A stretch of 61,859 nt of DNA, filler included, from an uncultured bacterium (lineage in GTDB: Bacteria; CAYSBA01): assembly GCA_964429075.1 (NCBI GenBank). It is 6 parts of 6 records of this genome, joined end to end, with 100 filler letters (N's around TTAATTAATTAA, not from the genome) between each part and the next. Parts side by side here need not be neighbours in the genome. Positions count along the whole stretch, not along the records: positions 41,552 to 51,666 come from CAYSBA010000023.1; positions 51,767 to 61,859 come from CAYSBA010000024.1; 4 more parts are not named here. One strand, given 5' to 3'. Positions within the stretch are counted from its first letter, which is position 1; each line of letters starts with the position of its first letter. The notes beneath the pieces were generated by a model. That model did no database searches. It saw only the letters and a list, made by a program, of their open reading frames with translations, and was not told the DNA's origin. The position numbers were made by a program, and so were the translations under genes. Below, one piece after another: positions 48,684 to 57,203 of the stretch.

Positions 48684-49610
48684 ATGAAGATACTAGTAAC
48701 GGGCGGTGCAGGTTTTATCGCTTCACATGTAACTGACCGATATTTACAGCTCGGTCATGAGGTTGCGGTGGTTGATAATCTATCTACAGGTTTCAGAGAA
48801 AACATAAACAAAGATGCCATCTTCTATGAAGAAGATATAAGAAAGTTCGATGCAATCGATAAAATATTTAAAGATTTCAAACCAGACATAGTCAACCATC
48901 ATGCAGCACAGATGGATGTAAGAAAATCTGTAGAAGATCCTGTATATGATGCAGAGTGTAATATCCTTGCAAGCCTCAATCTTATTATAAAGGCAGTTGA
49001 ATACAACGTTAAAAGATTCATCTATATATCAACTGGAGGCGCTGTATACGGTGAACCAAAAGAGCTACCTGTTAAAGAGACACATCCGATAAATCCAGAA
49101 TGTCAATATGGCATTTCAAAACACACCGTTGAACACTACCTCTATCTTTATAAACTTCTCTACGGTCTTGATTATGTGGTTCTCCGTTATCCAAATGTAT
49201 ACGGCCCAAGACAGAATCCAATGGGAGAAGCAGGCGTTGTTGCCATCTTCTGTGGCAAGATGCTCAAAAACGAACAACCGGTAATATTTGGTGATGGAGA
49301 ACAGCTGAGAGACTATGTATATATTGATGATGTTGTTGAGGCAAACGTACTCGCACTAAACAAGGGATCGGGGATCTACAATATTGGATCAGGAATAGGT
49401 AGCTCTGTTAATTTTATATATCGAATCCTTGCCGATGAACTTGGATACAAAAACAAACCTGTGTATGACAGGCCAAGAAAGGGCGAAATATACAAGATCT
49501 ATCTAAATGCTGATCTTGCTAAAAAGGAACTTGGCTGGAGCTATAAAGTAAAATTTGAAGAGGGCCTCAGACGAACAGCAAGATGGTTTAAAGAGAGGTT
49601 ATCTTCCTGA
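48684..49610 (+). CDS. NAD-dependent epimerase/dehydratase (UDP-glucose 4-epimerase-like)
   Basis: TGGAGFIAS, HHAAQ, STGGAVYG, YGISK and RYPNVYGPRQ motifs. Confidence 0.92.
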   Translation: MKILVTGGAGFIASHVTDRYLQLGHEVAVVDNLSTGFRENINKDAIFYEEDIRKFDAIDKIFKDFKPDIVNHHAAQMDVRKSVEDPVYDAECNILASLNLIIKAVEYNVKRFIYISTGGAVYGEPKELPVKETHPINPECQYGISKHTVEHYLYLYKLLYGLDYVVLRYPNVYGPRQNPMGEAGVVAIFCGKMLKNEQPVIFGDGEQLRDYVYIDDVVEANVLALNKGSGIYNIGSGIGSSVNFIYRILADELGYKNKPVYDRPRKGEIYKIYLNADLAKKELGWSYKVKFEEGLRRTARWFKERLSS

Positions 49611-49697
49611 CATAATCATACTACATCTCCCATATCAGGGCAATCCCATAAATATCTTACCGGTCACATTTTCATCAATTAATTACGACCTGGATCT

Positions 49698-51666
49698 CTA
49701 TGGGAGTATTATACCACCAAGACCAGATTTAGTTCCTACCCATACCCATTTATTTCTTAAATCAACTCTTACTGCCTTTGTATCCATATCTGGTAGATTA
49801 TGATCTGCTTTAGTGTATACAAATATATACTGTTTGTCCCATTTGTACCTTGCAAGTCCATTTTTGGTGGCAATCCATACATCAAGATTATCATCTATAA
49901 AGATATCCCGTACATCATTTGAAGGTAGACCGTTATTAGTATCAAGATAAAGTTTATTTGCAACATTAGATTTTGTAAATATTGCCACACCGAAATTCTT
50001 TGAACCAACTGCGATTAAATAGTCACCGTTTCCTAACGATCTTGTATCGATTGCCCTTATGGTATCTACATCCTGAGACCATATATCAAAGGCCTTGTTG
50101 GGATAACAAGAAGTCTGCCACCATTTACATCCACCCCATTGAGTTCTACATCCAGATATATCTTTATCACAAAAACCAATATCACAATTTCCCTTAACAG
50201 GAGTGGGACAGTAATACAATCTATCATTCCCAGCAAGATATGAATGATCGGGCGCCACACATACTGCCCTTATGTCATCGCTATCGTTCGAGTAATCGTA
50301 GTCCCCGTTTGTCGTACCTGCTGAATGATCGTATCGTGAACTATCCTGCGTTGTACCTATAAGTATATCGCCATATCGTGGATCCTGGCTATCTGTTCTA
50401 TCTGCATCAAAGTCTCTCATAGTCCAGGGAGGCAAACTCAAATGGGATGTCATATCAAGCTGTATTAGCTTATCGAAGCCAAGTATTCCTGCATTTATAC
50501 CATTTACATCCTTATTTGCACCAAAAAAGACCATATTGTATGGATCTCTTTCTACTGTGGCAAGATCGATATTGTAATAATTACACTGTGCAATAAATAT
50601 CTCACACAGCTCTTTAAATTGGTTGTTTGTATAATCAAAGAACCAGCCGTAATTCTTTGAAGCAATCCATATACCATATGTGGTTCCCACATCGTTTGCT
50701 TTTGCAAGAGCAATGTCTCTTATATCATTAATATTTCCAGTATTGTAGCCCTGTCTATTGTTCACAAAGGGGGTAAAACCATACGCATGGATTGTTACAA
50801 TATCCTGATTCCATGAGAATTCACCTCTACCATCTTTGACCTTTAGTTGCCACACATAGTTACCAGGTAAGTCTGGTACAAAATCTGGAGTTTTTGCTGT
50901 TGTTGAGTTGTTGTCACTCAAAGAGGCTGTAGTTACTGTACTACCAGCAGGTTTTGAACTGAGGGTCCAGATGTATGTCAGTGTATCATCAGTTAATCCA
51001 TCATCAGGTGGGTCAGATGAGGCCTGACCATTTAGATATACCGTATCACCTGCCCTAACATACTGATCAACTCCTGCATCAGCTGTTGGTTTGAGGTTCT
51101 CGCAACCATCAGTGGGATCATTGTTTGTATCAACCCATCCTATTGCACAGTTCTGTGGGTTCCAGCAATCACAACTACTAAGCACACAACTTCCGTTTAC
51201 ACAGCTCTGAGGTGGCGATGCATGGACAAAACTACATACATTTCCACAAGAGCCGCAGTTATATGGATCTGTCTGTAGATCAAACCCCTCATCTATCTGA
51301 TTATTACAGTTATCATCAATACCATTACAGATTTCTGTAGCACCTGGATTGATATTGGGATTTGAATCATCACAGTCTGTGCCACCACATTGAGTTGCTA
51401 CATAGTTGTCATTATCATGATCGGTCCATTTAGTATATTGACATCCAGAGGTAGCCACGCATTGATCTAAGGTACAGTAATCATTGTCATTACAGGCATT
51501 ATTGTCTGGTGTATTATCACAGCTATCAGTCTGTTCGTTACAACTATCTACTGTACAAGCTATTCCATCATCACAGTTTATTGGTGTACCTGCTAAACAC
51601 CCCTGCTGTGCATCGCAGGTCTCCTGACCATTACAGTACAAACCATCATCACATACTGTATTATCA
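49698..51666 (-). CDS. Large secreted protein, C-terminal part: Cys-rich repeats, MopE-like motif, PKD-like domain, beta-propeller
   Basis: Frame open to the contig end. [12 protein letters not shown] repeats; [52 protein letters not shown] propeller blades. Confidence 0.78.
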
Positions 51667-51766
51667 NNNNNNNNNNNNNNNNNNNNNNNNNNNNNNNNNN
51701 NNNNNNNNNNTTAATTAATTAANNNNNNNNNNNNNNNNNNNNNNNNNNNNNNNNNNNNNNNNNNNN
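51667..51766. other. Artificial contig linker
   Basis: N run, TTAATTAATTAA, N run. Confidence 0.99.
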
Positions 51767-51973
51767 TTCATTTTCAATTATCTCTTTTGTATCAGCAAGC
51801 TGCCTCTTTTTTTTGTGCAGGAGTTCCATAAGATCAAGAGTTTCTTTGACCTTTTTGTAATCCTTTGATACCGAAGCCAGTCTTTTATTGTCTTTAGTTA
51901 TAGAGGGATCTTGTAACTGGTTTTCCAGCATAAGCAGTTTAGCTTTGAAGTCTTCCAGAAGAGATGAAGACAT
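51767..51973 (-). CDS. prfA: Peptide chain release factor 1 (N-terminal fragment)
   Basis: LENQLQDPSITKDNKRLASVSKDY helical pattern of the RF1 N-terminus; follows rpmE. Confidence 0.8.
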
Positions 51974-52003
51974 AGGAAAAGATAATCTTATGCTTAGTGG
52001 ACT

Positions 52004-52219
52004 TTATTTTTTGTTAAGATAGTCCTTACCGTAACGTCTGTAGAATTTTTCAACCTTACCTGCAGTGTCTATCAATTTCTCCTTCCCCGTAAAGAAAGGA
52101 TGACATTTTGAGCATATATCAAGTACAAGCTCTTTTTTTGTACTCCTTGTAACAAAGGTGTTACCGCAACTGCAGGTCACTGTTACTTCGTGATATTCAG
52201 GATGTATGCCCTTTTTCAT
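52004..52219 (-). CDS. rpmE: 50S ribosomal protein L31 (zinc-binding type A)
   Basis: [14 protein letters not shown]...[10 protein letters not shown]; start ATG 52219 after GGAG. Confidence 0.97.
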   Translation of the reverse strand: MKKGIHPEYHEVTVTCSCGNTFVTRSTKKELVLDICSKCHPFFTGKEKLIDTAGKVEKFYRRYGKDYLNKK

Positions 52220-52292
52220 CACCAACTCCGTATAAAAGCGACATACTTTTACATCAAATACCAATCTATGTCAAGGATGGATTTAAAAAAAG

Positions 52293-52333
52293 ACCATAAG
52301 ATACTTGACACAATCTGTCAATAGTATTATGAA
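52293..52333. promoter_or_regulatory. Back-to-back divergent promoters (TTGACA-N5-TGTCAA)
   Basis: Plus: TTGACA 52305-52310, 17 nt, TATGAA. Minus: TTGACA 52321-52316, 17 nt, TATGGT. Confidence 0.5.
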
Positions 52334-52363
52334 AAAACAATCTCTTTTTTGGGGCATAAAGAA

Positions 52364-53320
52364 ATGTATAAGAAGATATGGCCATATAATCTCTTTTTGA
52401 TACTTCTACTATTGATCCAGAATAATATCGATTCAAAGGAGATAGAGATCAGAGAAAATCCCTACTATAAAGGATTGGAGACCGATTTTCTAATCTCATG
52501 CGTGAAGGATATCGATGTCGATGGTGACGGCACAAAGGAGATCGGAGTATGTTACAGAGAGCGTGAGGATAAGGTAGACCGTTCTGGTGGAATAATGTTT
52601 GCCAAAAAAACAAAAAGAGGCTGGATATCTGTTTATAACTGCTTTTTTAGCGGATATTTCCCTGTGGATTTACAGGAGTCTTCAAAGGGACTTGAGATTA
52701 CCTTTAAAAAAACTACCTACTTAGGTGACGAAAAATATACAGGATATATGACATATGGTAAAGATTTTTACTTTAGAGATTCTCCAGAGTCCCTTTATTC
52801 ACGTGCAAGAATTACAGCCTCCTCAATTCTTGAAAATGGTGGTAAGGTATTTGGTCCAGAAAATATGCTTGATGGTGATATAAAGACTGCATGGGCAGAA
52901 GGTGATATGGGTACAGGTGTAAACGAATCCTTTACACTACAGTTTGATAAGCCTGTATCTATTGCATATATCGGCGTTTTGAATGGAAATACAGAAACAA
53001 TCGAGACTTTCAAAGAGAACAACAGGGTCTATCAGGCAGAGATCGAGACAGAGGGACAAAGTGACAGGTTTGACAAAGACAGTAATGTAGACATCATGCA
53101 GGATCTTGGGGTTGATATGCTTGGTCTCAGTATCGATGTTAGCTTTCCAAACAAACCATACTTTAAGTACATTGAGGTTATGAAGGACGATCTAATTAGG
53201 CTTAAGTTGACAATCCGTTCAACCTATGTAGGCACAAAAACAAGTGACACATATATCAGTGAGCTTGATATCGTAGAATTAAAAGACCCTACCAAATTCA
53301 TTAAAGGAAAAAAAGAATAA
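52364..53320 (+). CDS. Exported protein with discoidin-like (glycan-binding type) domain
   Basis: Signal peptide; DVDGDG loop; ITASS..PENMLDGDIKTAWAEG...ISEL pattern. Confidence 0.65.
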   Translation: MYKKIWPYNLFLILLLLIQNNIDSKEIEIRENPYYKGLETDFLISCVKDIDVDGDGTKEIGVCYREREDKVDRSGGIMFAKKTKRGWISVYNCFFSGYFPVDLQESSKGLEITFKKTTYLGDEKYTGYMTYGKDFYFRDSPESLYSRARITASSILENGGKVFGPENMLDGDIKTAWAEGDMGTGVNESFTLQFDKPVSIAYIGVLNGNTETIETFKENNRVYQAEIETEGQSDRFDKDSNVDIMQDLGVDMLGLSIDVSFPNKPYFKYIEVMKDDLIRLKLTIRSTYVGTKTSDTYISELDIVELKDPTKFIKGKKE

Positions 53321-53853
53321 TGTCGTGGATTGATATAATAGAACCTGAAGAGGCAGAGGGTAAATTAAAGGAGATCTATAAAACTATAGCCGGAAAACGT
53401 GGTAAGGTCTCCAATATTATGAAGGTACACAGCCTCAACCCAGAAGCGATGTTAAAACACCTTGAACTCTATATGCAGCTTATGTTTGGCAGATCCGGCC
53501 TTACCAGACTTGAACGAGAGGCAATTGCAGTAGCTGTATCTGAGGAAAACAATTGTGATTACTGTTTAAATCACCATAGAGTTGCACTCAAGAGCTACAC
53601 AAAAAACAAGAAAAATCTAACGACTGAAAAAAACAAAAGGATAAATTTCCTTGTAGAATTTGCAAAAAAATTAACAAAGGATCCCTCGAATATTAATGAA
53701 AAGGCTATCATTGATCTCAGATCAAAAGGCTTTAGTGATAGAGAGATACTCGATCTTGTCTTGATTACAGCCTATTTTAATTTTGTGAATCGTATTGCCC
53801 TTGGGCTTGGTGTAACCTTTAATCAAGATGAATTAAGTGGGTACAGGGTATAG
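53320..53853 (+). CDS. AhpD/CMD-family peroxidase-related protein
   Basis: EREAIAVAVSEENNCDYCLNHH and AYFNFVNRIA motifs. Confidence 0.9.
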   Translation: MSWIDIIEPEEAEGKLKEIYKTIAGKRGKVSNIMKVHSLNPEAMLKHLELYMQLMFGRSGLTRLEREAIAVAVSEENNCDYCLNHHRVALKSYTKNKKNLTTEKNKRINFLVEFAKKLTKDPSNINEKAIIDLRSKGFSDREILDLVLITAYFNFVNRIALGLGVTFNQDELSGYRV

Positions 53854-53905
53854 ATTTTTTTATAGAGTTATCAACACATCCTTTTGCCTTTACAAAACCA
53901 CAACT

Positions 53906-53934
53906 TTGACACAACATAATATTAGGTTTATCTA
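53906..53934 (+). promoter_or_regulatory. Putative sigma70 promoter giving leaderless mRNA
   Basis: TTGACA, 17 nt, TATCTA, 6 nt, ATG (53941); no SD. Confidence 0.55.
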
Positions 53935-53940
53935 ACAAAT

Positions 53941-54387
53941 ATGAAGGATAGTTTCTTTACAAGACCCCTCATAATGATACTTAATTCTCTTGTTGATTGT
54001 GTAATTCCCGATATGCCAAGAGAAAAAACGACCCTTAACGATACTTCAGATAAGCTCATCACCTTTCTGAGAGAAATCTCTATTTTGATGACATATGGCT
54101 TCTTTATCCTACTGGTCATACTTGAATTGATGCCTATTCTTACACTGAAATCAATAAAACCCTTTTCTTTCCTTGATAGAAAGAACCGCAGAATCTTTTT
54201 TGCTGGCCTGTTAGAGAGCAGATTTATGTTTTTCAGAAACGTTGCAAGACTACTTCTTTCTCCTATCCTTCTTGTTTACTTTTCACAGAAAAATGTAATT
54301 GAATACATCGGTTATGAAGGTGATAAATGGATTGCCGATAGATTAAAGGAGTTTAAAGATGATGGAGCCAGGATTCTGGAGGGCTGA
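53941..54387 (+). CDS. Hypothetical protein, probable GMC oxidoreductase partner subunit
   Basis: PFSFLDRKNRR...LVYFS..V.EYIGY pattern; overlaps the GMC gene start. Confidence 0.6.
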   Translation: MKDSFFTRPLIMILNSLVDCVIPDMPREKTTLNDTSDKLITFLREISILMTYGFFILLVILELMPILTLKSIKPFSFLDRKNRRIFFAGLLESRFMFFRNVARLLLSPILLVYFSQKNVIEYIGYEGDKWIADRLKEFKDDGARILEG

Positions 54388-55888
54388 AGACCTACTCAAC
54401 ATGGATTTTGATTTCGTAAGATCTAAGGTCTGTATCATTGGAAGTGGTGCTGGGGGAGGTGCTGTAGCAGCAGAACTAAGCAATTACACCGATGGTATAT
54501 TGATTATTGAAGAGGGTGGTTATTATAGAACACAGGACTTTATCTCTAATCCTGTAGAGATGATGCCCAAACTCTACCGAATGGATGAGACTGTAATATT
54601 CGGTAATGCACCAATTATGCTCGCTGAGGGAAGATGTGTGGGTGGCTCCACAGTAGTTAACGCTGGTGTATGCTGGCGAATACCCGATTTCGTACAGGAC
54701 AGGTGGACTGAAGAGCTCAAACTGGACTATCTCAACAACAAAAAGATGAACGAATTATACGATATTGTTGAAAAAAGATTACCTGTACTCCCACAGGATG
54801 AAGATTCTGCAGGTCTTGATAATATCCTTCTGAAAGAGGGTGCTGAAAGACTTGGGTACAGTGCTGTCAGGGTATCCCGTAATCACACAGGTGGTATCTG
54901 TGTAAATAACTGCATCTTTGGCTGTCCAACGGGGGTAAAACGAAGCTCTCTTGTGTCCTTTCTACCATATGCAGTAAAGAGAGGAGCTATCATCTTTTCC
55001 GATACAAGGGCAAAAAATCTTATATACAAAAATGACAAAATTGAATATCTTATAGCAGAAATAAGAGATAAAAAAACAAAGAGAAAAAAAACTATAGTTA
55101 TCAAAGCCGATGCATTTGTAATAGGCTGCGGAGCAATACAGACACCCTATCTTCTGCTAAAGAGCGGAATAAGACAGACAAACATTGGTAAAAATCTCTA
55201 TATTCATCCGAATGTTAAGGCGATCGGTATCTATGAAAATGAGGTAAGAGGCTGGGAGGGTCCTGTTCAGGTATGGCAGATCCATCATTTTATCCGAGAG
55301 GGCATAATAATGGCAACCACATTTGTACCACCAGGCTTTTTTGCTATGAGTGTACCGTTTATAGCGAATAAGTGTATAGATATCATGAAAGAGATATCCC
55401 GTATGGTGATGGCAGGGGTCCTGGTGGAGGATGATCACAGCGGTTTTGTCAGGACCACTCCTTTTGGTATTCCCTTTGCATATTACAGGATAACTGAACG
55501 TGACATGAAGATGTTTCTGAAAGGATTATCCCATCTTTCAGAGATCTATTTTGCTTCGGGTGCTAAAAAAGTCCTTTTGCCGTTCCCTCAGATGCCTTTT
55601 GCCAGTTCCATGGATGATATCAAAAGGCTATCAGACATCAAATTAAGACCCCACGACTTTGAGGTGTTTACTGTGCATATAATGGGTACCTGCAGGATTG
55701 GCAGAGATGAATCGACTGGCGCAACTGATCAGAGAGGCAGGCTATTCGGTATGAAAAACCTATATATTGCTGATGCAAGTCTCATTCCAACACCCATAGG
55801 AGTAAATCCTCAGCTTACAATAATGGCACTGGCTACAAATACGGCACATTCTATTATAGAAGACCTAAAAAAGTCGCCACTGTCTTAA
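54359..55888 (+). CDS. GMC family oxidoreductase
   Basis: IIGSGAGGG, GRCVGGSTVVN, HIMGTCRIG, DAS and GVNPQLTI motifs. Confidence 0.93.
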   Translation: MMEPGFWRAEDLLNMDFDFVRSKVCIIGSGAGGGAVAAELSNYTDGILIIEEGGYYRTQDFISNPVEMMPKLYRMDETVIFGNAPIMLAEGRCVGGSTVVNAGVCWRIPDFVQDRWTEELKLDYLNNKKMNELYDIVEKRLPVLPQDEDSAGLDNILLKEGAERLGYSAVRVSRNHTGGICVNNCIFGCPTGVKRSSLVSFLPYAVKRGAIIFSDTRAKNLIYKNDKIEYLIAEIRDKKTKRKKTIVIKADAFVIGCGAIQTPYLLLKSGIRQTNIGKNLYIHPNVKAIGIYENEVRGWEGPVQVWQIHHFIREGIIMATTFVPPGFFAMSVPFIANKCIDIMKEISRMVMAGVLVEDDHSGFVRTTPFGIPFAYYRITERDMKMFLKGLSHLSEIYFASGAKKVLLPFPQMPFASSMDDIKRLSDIKLRPHDFEVFTVHIMGTCRIGRDESTGATDQRGRLFGMKNLYIADASLIPTPIGVNPQLTIMALATNTAHSIIEDLKKSPLS

Positions 55889-57173
55889 CCAAACATTCGG
55901 TGCCCCATAGAAATCCATCAACAGGAATCCTTTCATCAACACCGTGAAACAATGATGAGAAATTTATATCCTCTGGTAGTCTAACAGGGGCGAATCCGTA
56001 GATCTTAGTCCCTAGTCTCTTATAATGATGTGCATCTGTGAATCCCACATTCAGATAGGGAACCACAGATGCACCTGGATGCATCTCTTTTATTGTTTCT
56101 TCAATGATATCATATAACGCCGATTTCGGATCAAACACAAAACCGTCAGCCTGAGATACAACTTCTACATCCACACCAGATGGCAACAGAGATCCTATAA
56201 ATCTAAGTACTTCGGATGGATCACTATCCGGTAGGATCCTGCAATCGAGATTCATCCTTAGGAAAGAGGGTATAACATTCTGTTTTGTAAATGACTCTAT
56301 TCCGGTTACTGATACTGTATTAGACAGCATTGCTTCAAAAAGGCGTCTTTTTTCTGCTGGAATAAGGTAAATTAGGGGTATAATTCCACTGGAGATCCCT
56401 CCAAGAACAAAAGATGTAATCCCTTTTGATATTTCTGATAATCCCTTGAAAAATAGAGACGTTACCCGGTTCAATTCCGGTTTCATCCGTTTTGAAGAGA
56501 GTTTTTCCACAAATTTACATGCCATATGTATAACATCATCCCTTTGAGGTATGGATCCATGACCACCCTTTGCTTTAAATCCAATCTTTATCCAGATATA
56601 TCCCTTTTCACCACAACCAATCGGATAAAAAGGTCTTTTATTAATATAATTGGTAAACCCACCAACCTCACCTAGACCAAATTCACAACCCAACAACTCA
56701 GGATGATTTTCTACAAGAAATTTTGCGCCAGAATGACCACCCTCTTCTTCGTCAGATACTGCACAAAAGACTACATCTCCCTTTGGTTTTTTACCCATTC
56801 TCTTTAATGCAATCATAGTAATTACAGAGTAGGCAAGCATATTTTTCATGTCAACAGCCCCCCGCCCATAAACAAAACCATCCTTTTCTATCCCACCGAA
56901 GGGATCACAACTCCATCCATCTCCTGCAGGCACAACATCAAGATGAGATGATAGTAAAAGTGAATCCCCGTCACCACCCGAGATCCTTGCTACCACACAA
57001 CCCCTATTATCGCCGGTCTTTATGATCTTTGAATCTATTTTCTCCTTTTTAAAGATTGAGTCTATATACTGTGCAAGCGGCAGTTCATTACCCGGGGGGT
57101 TTGATGTGTCAAACTTAAGAAACTCCTTAAAGAAGTAAAGAGATTCCCTCTTTATACCCTCAAAATCCAGCAT
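55854..57173 (-). CDS. M20/M25/M40 family metallopeptidase
   Basis: SHLDVVP, GRGAVDMK, DEEEGG, GHGS, FTDA and FHGVDER motifs. Confidence 0.92.
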   Translation of the reverse strand: MLDFEGIKRESLYFFKEFLKFDTSNPPGNELPLAQYIDSIFKKEKIDSKIIKTGDNRGCVVARISGGDGDSLLLSSHLDVVPAGDGWSCDPFGGIEKDGFVYGRGAVDMKNMLAYSVITMIALKRMGKKPKGDVVFCAVSDEEEGGHSGAKFLVENHPELLGCEFGLGEVGGFTNYINKRPFYPIGCGEKGYIWIKIGFKAKGGHGSIPQRDDVIHMACKFVEKLSSKRMKPELNRVTSLFFKGLSEISKGITSFVLGGISSGIIPLIYLIPAEKRRLFEAMLSNTVSVTGIESFTKQNVIPSFLRMNLDCRILPDSDPSEVLRFIGSLLPSGVDVEVVSQADGFVFDPKSALYDIIEETIKEMHPGASVVPYLNVGFTDAHHYKRLGTKIYGFAPVRLPEDINFSSLFHGVDERIPVDGFLWGTECLVKTVATFLGLL

Positions 57174-57203
57174 AAAAATCCCTCCATCTGATCGAGACAG
57201 GGT

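Noticed and set aside
49555..49803. 82-aa ORF bridging the epimerase and the convergent gene
   Set aside because: Overlaps both real genes and has no recognisable features.
10352..51766. TTAATTAATTAA palindrome recurring about every 10 kb
   Set aside because: Always embedded in N runs of fixed 100-nt total length: an assembly linker. The ~10 kb period reflects length-sorted contigs.
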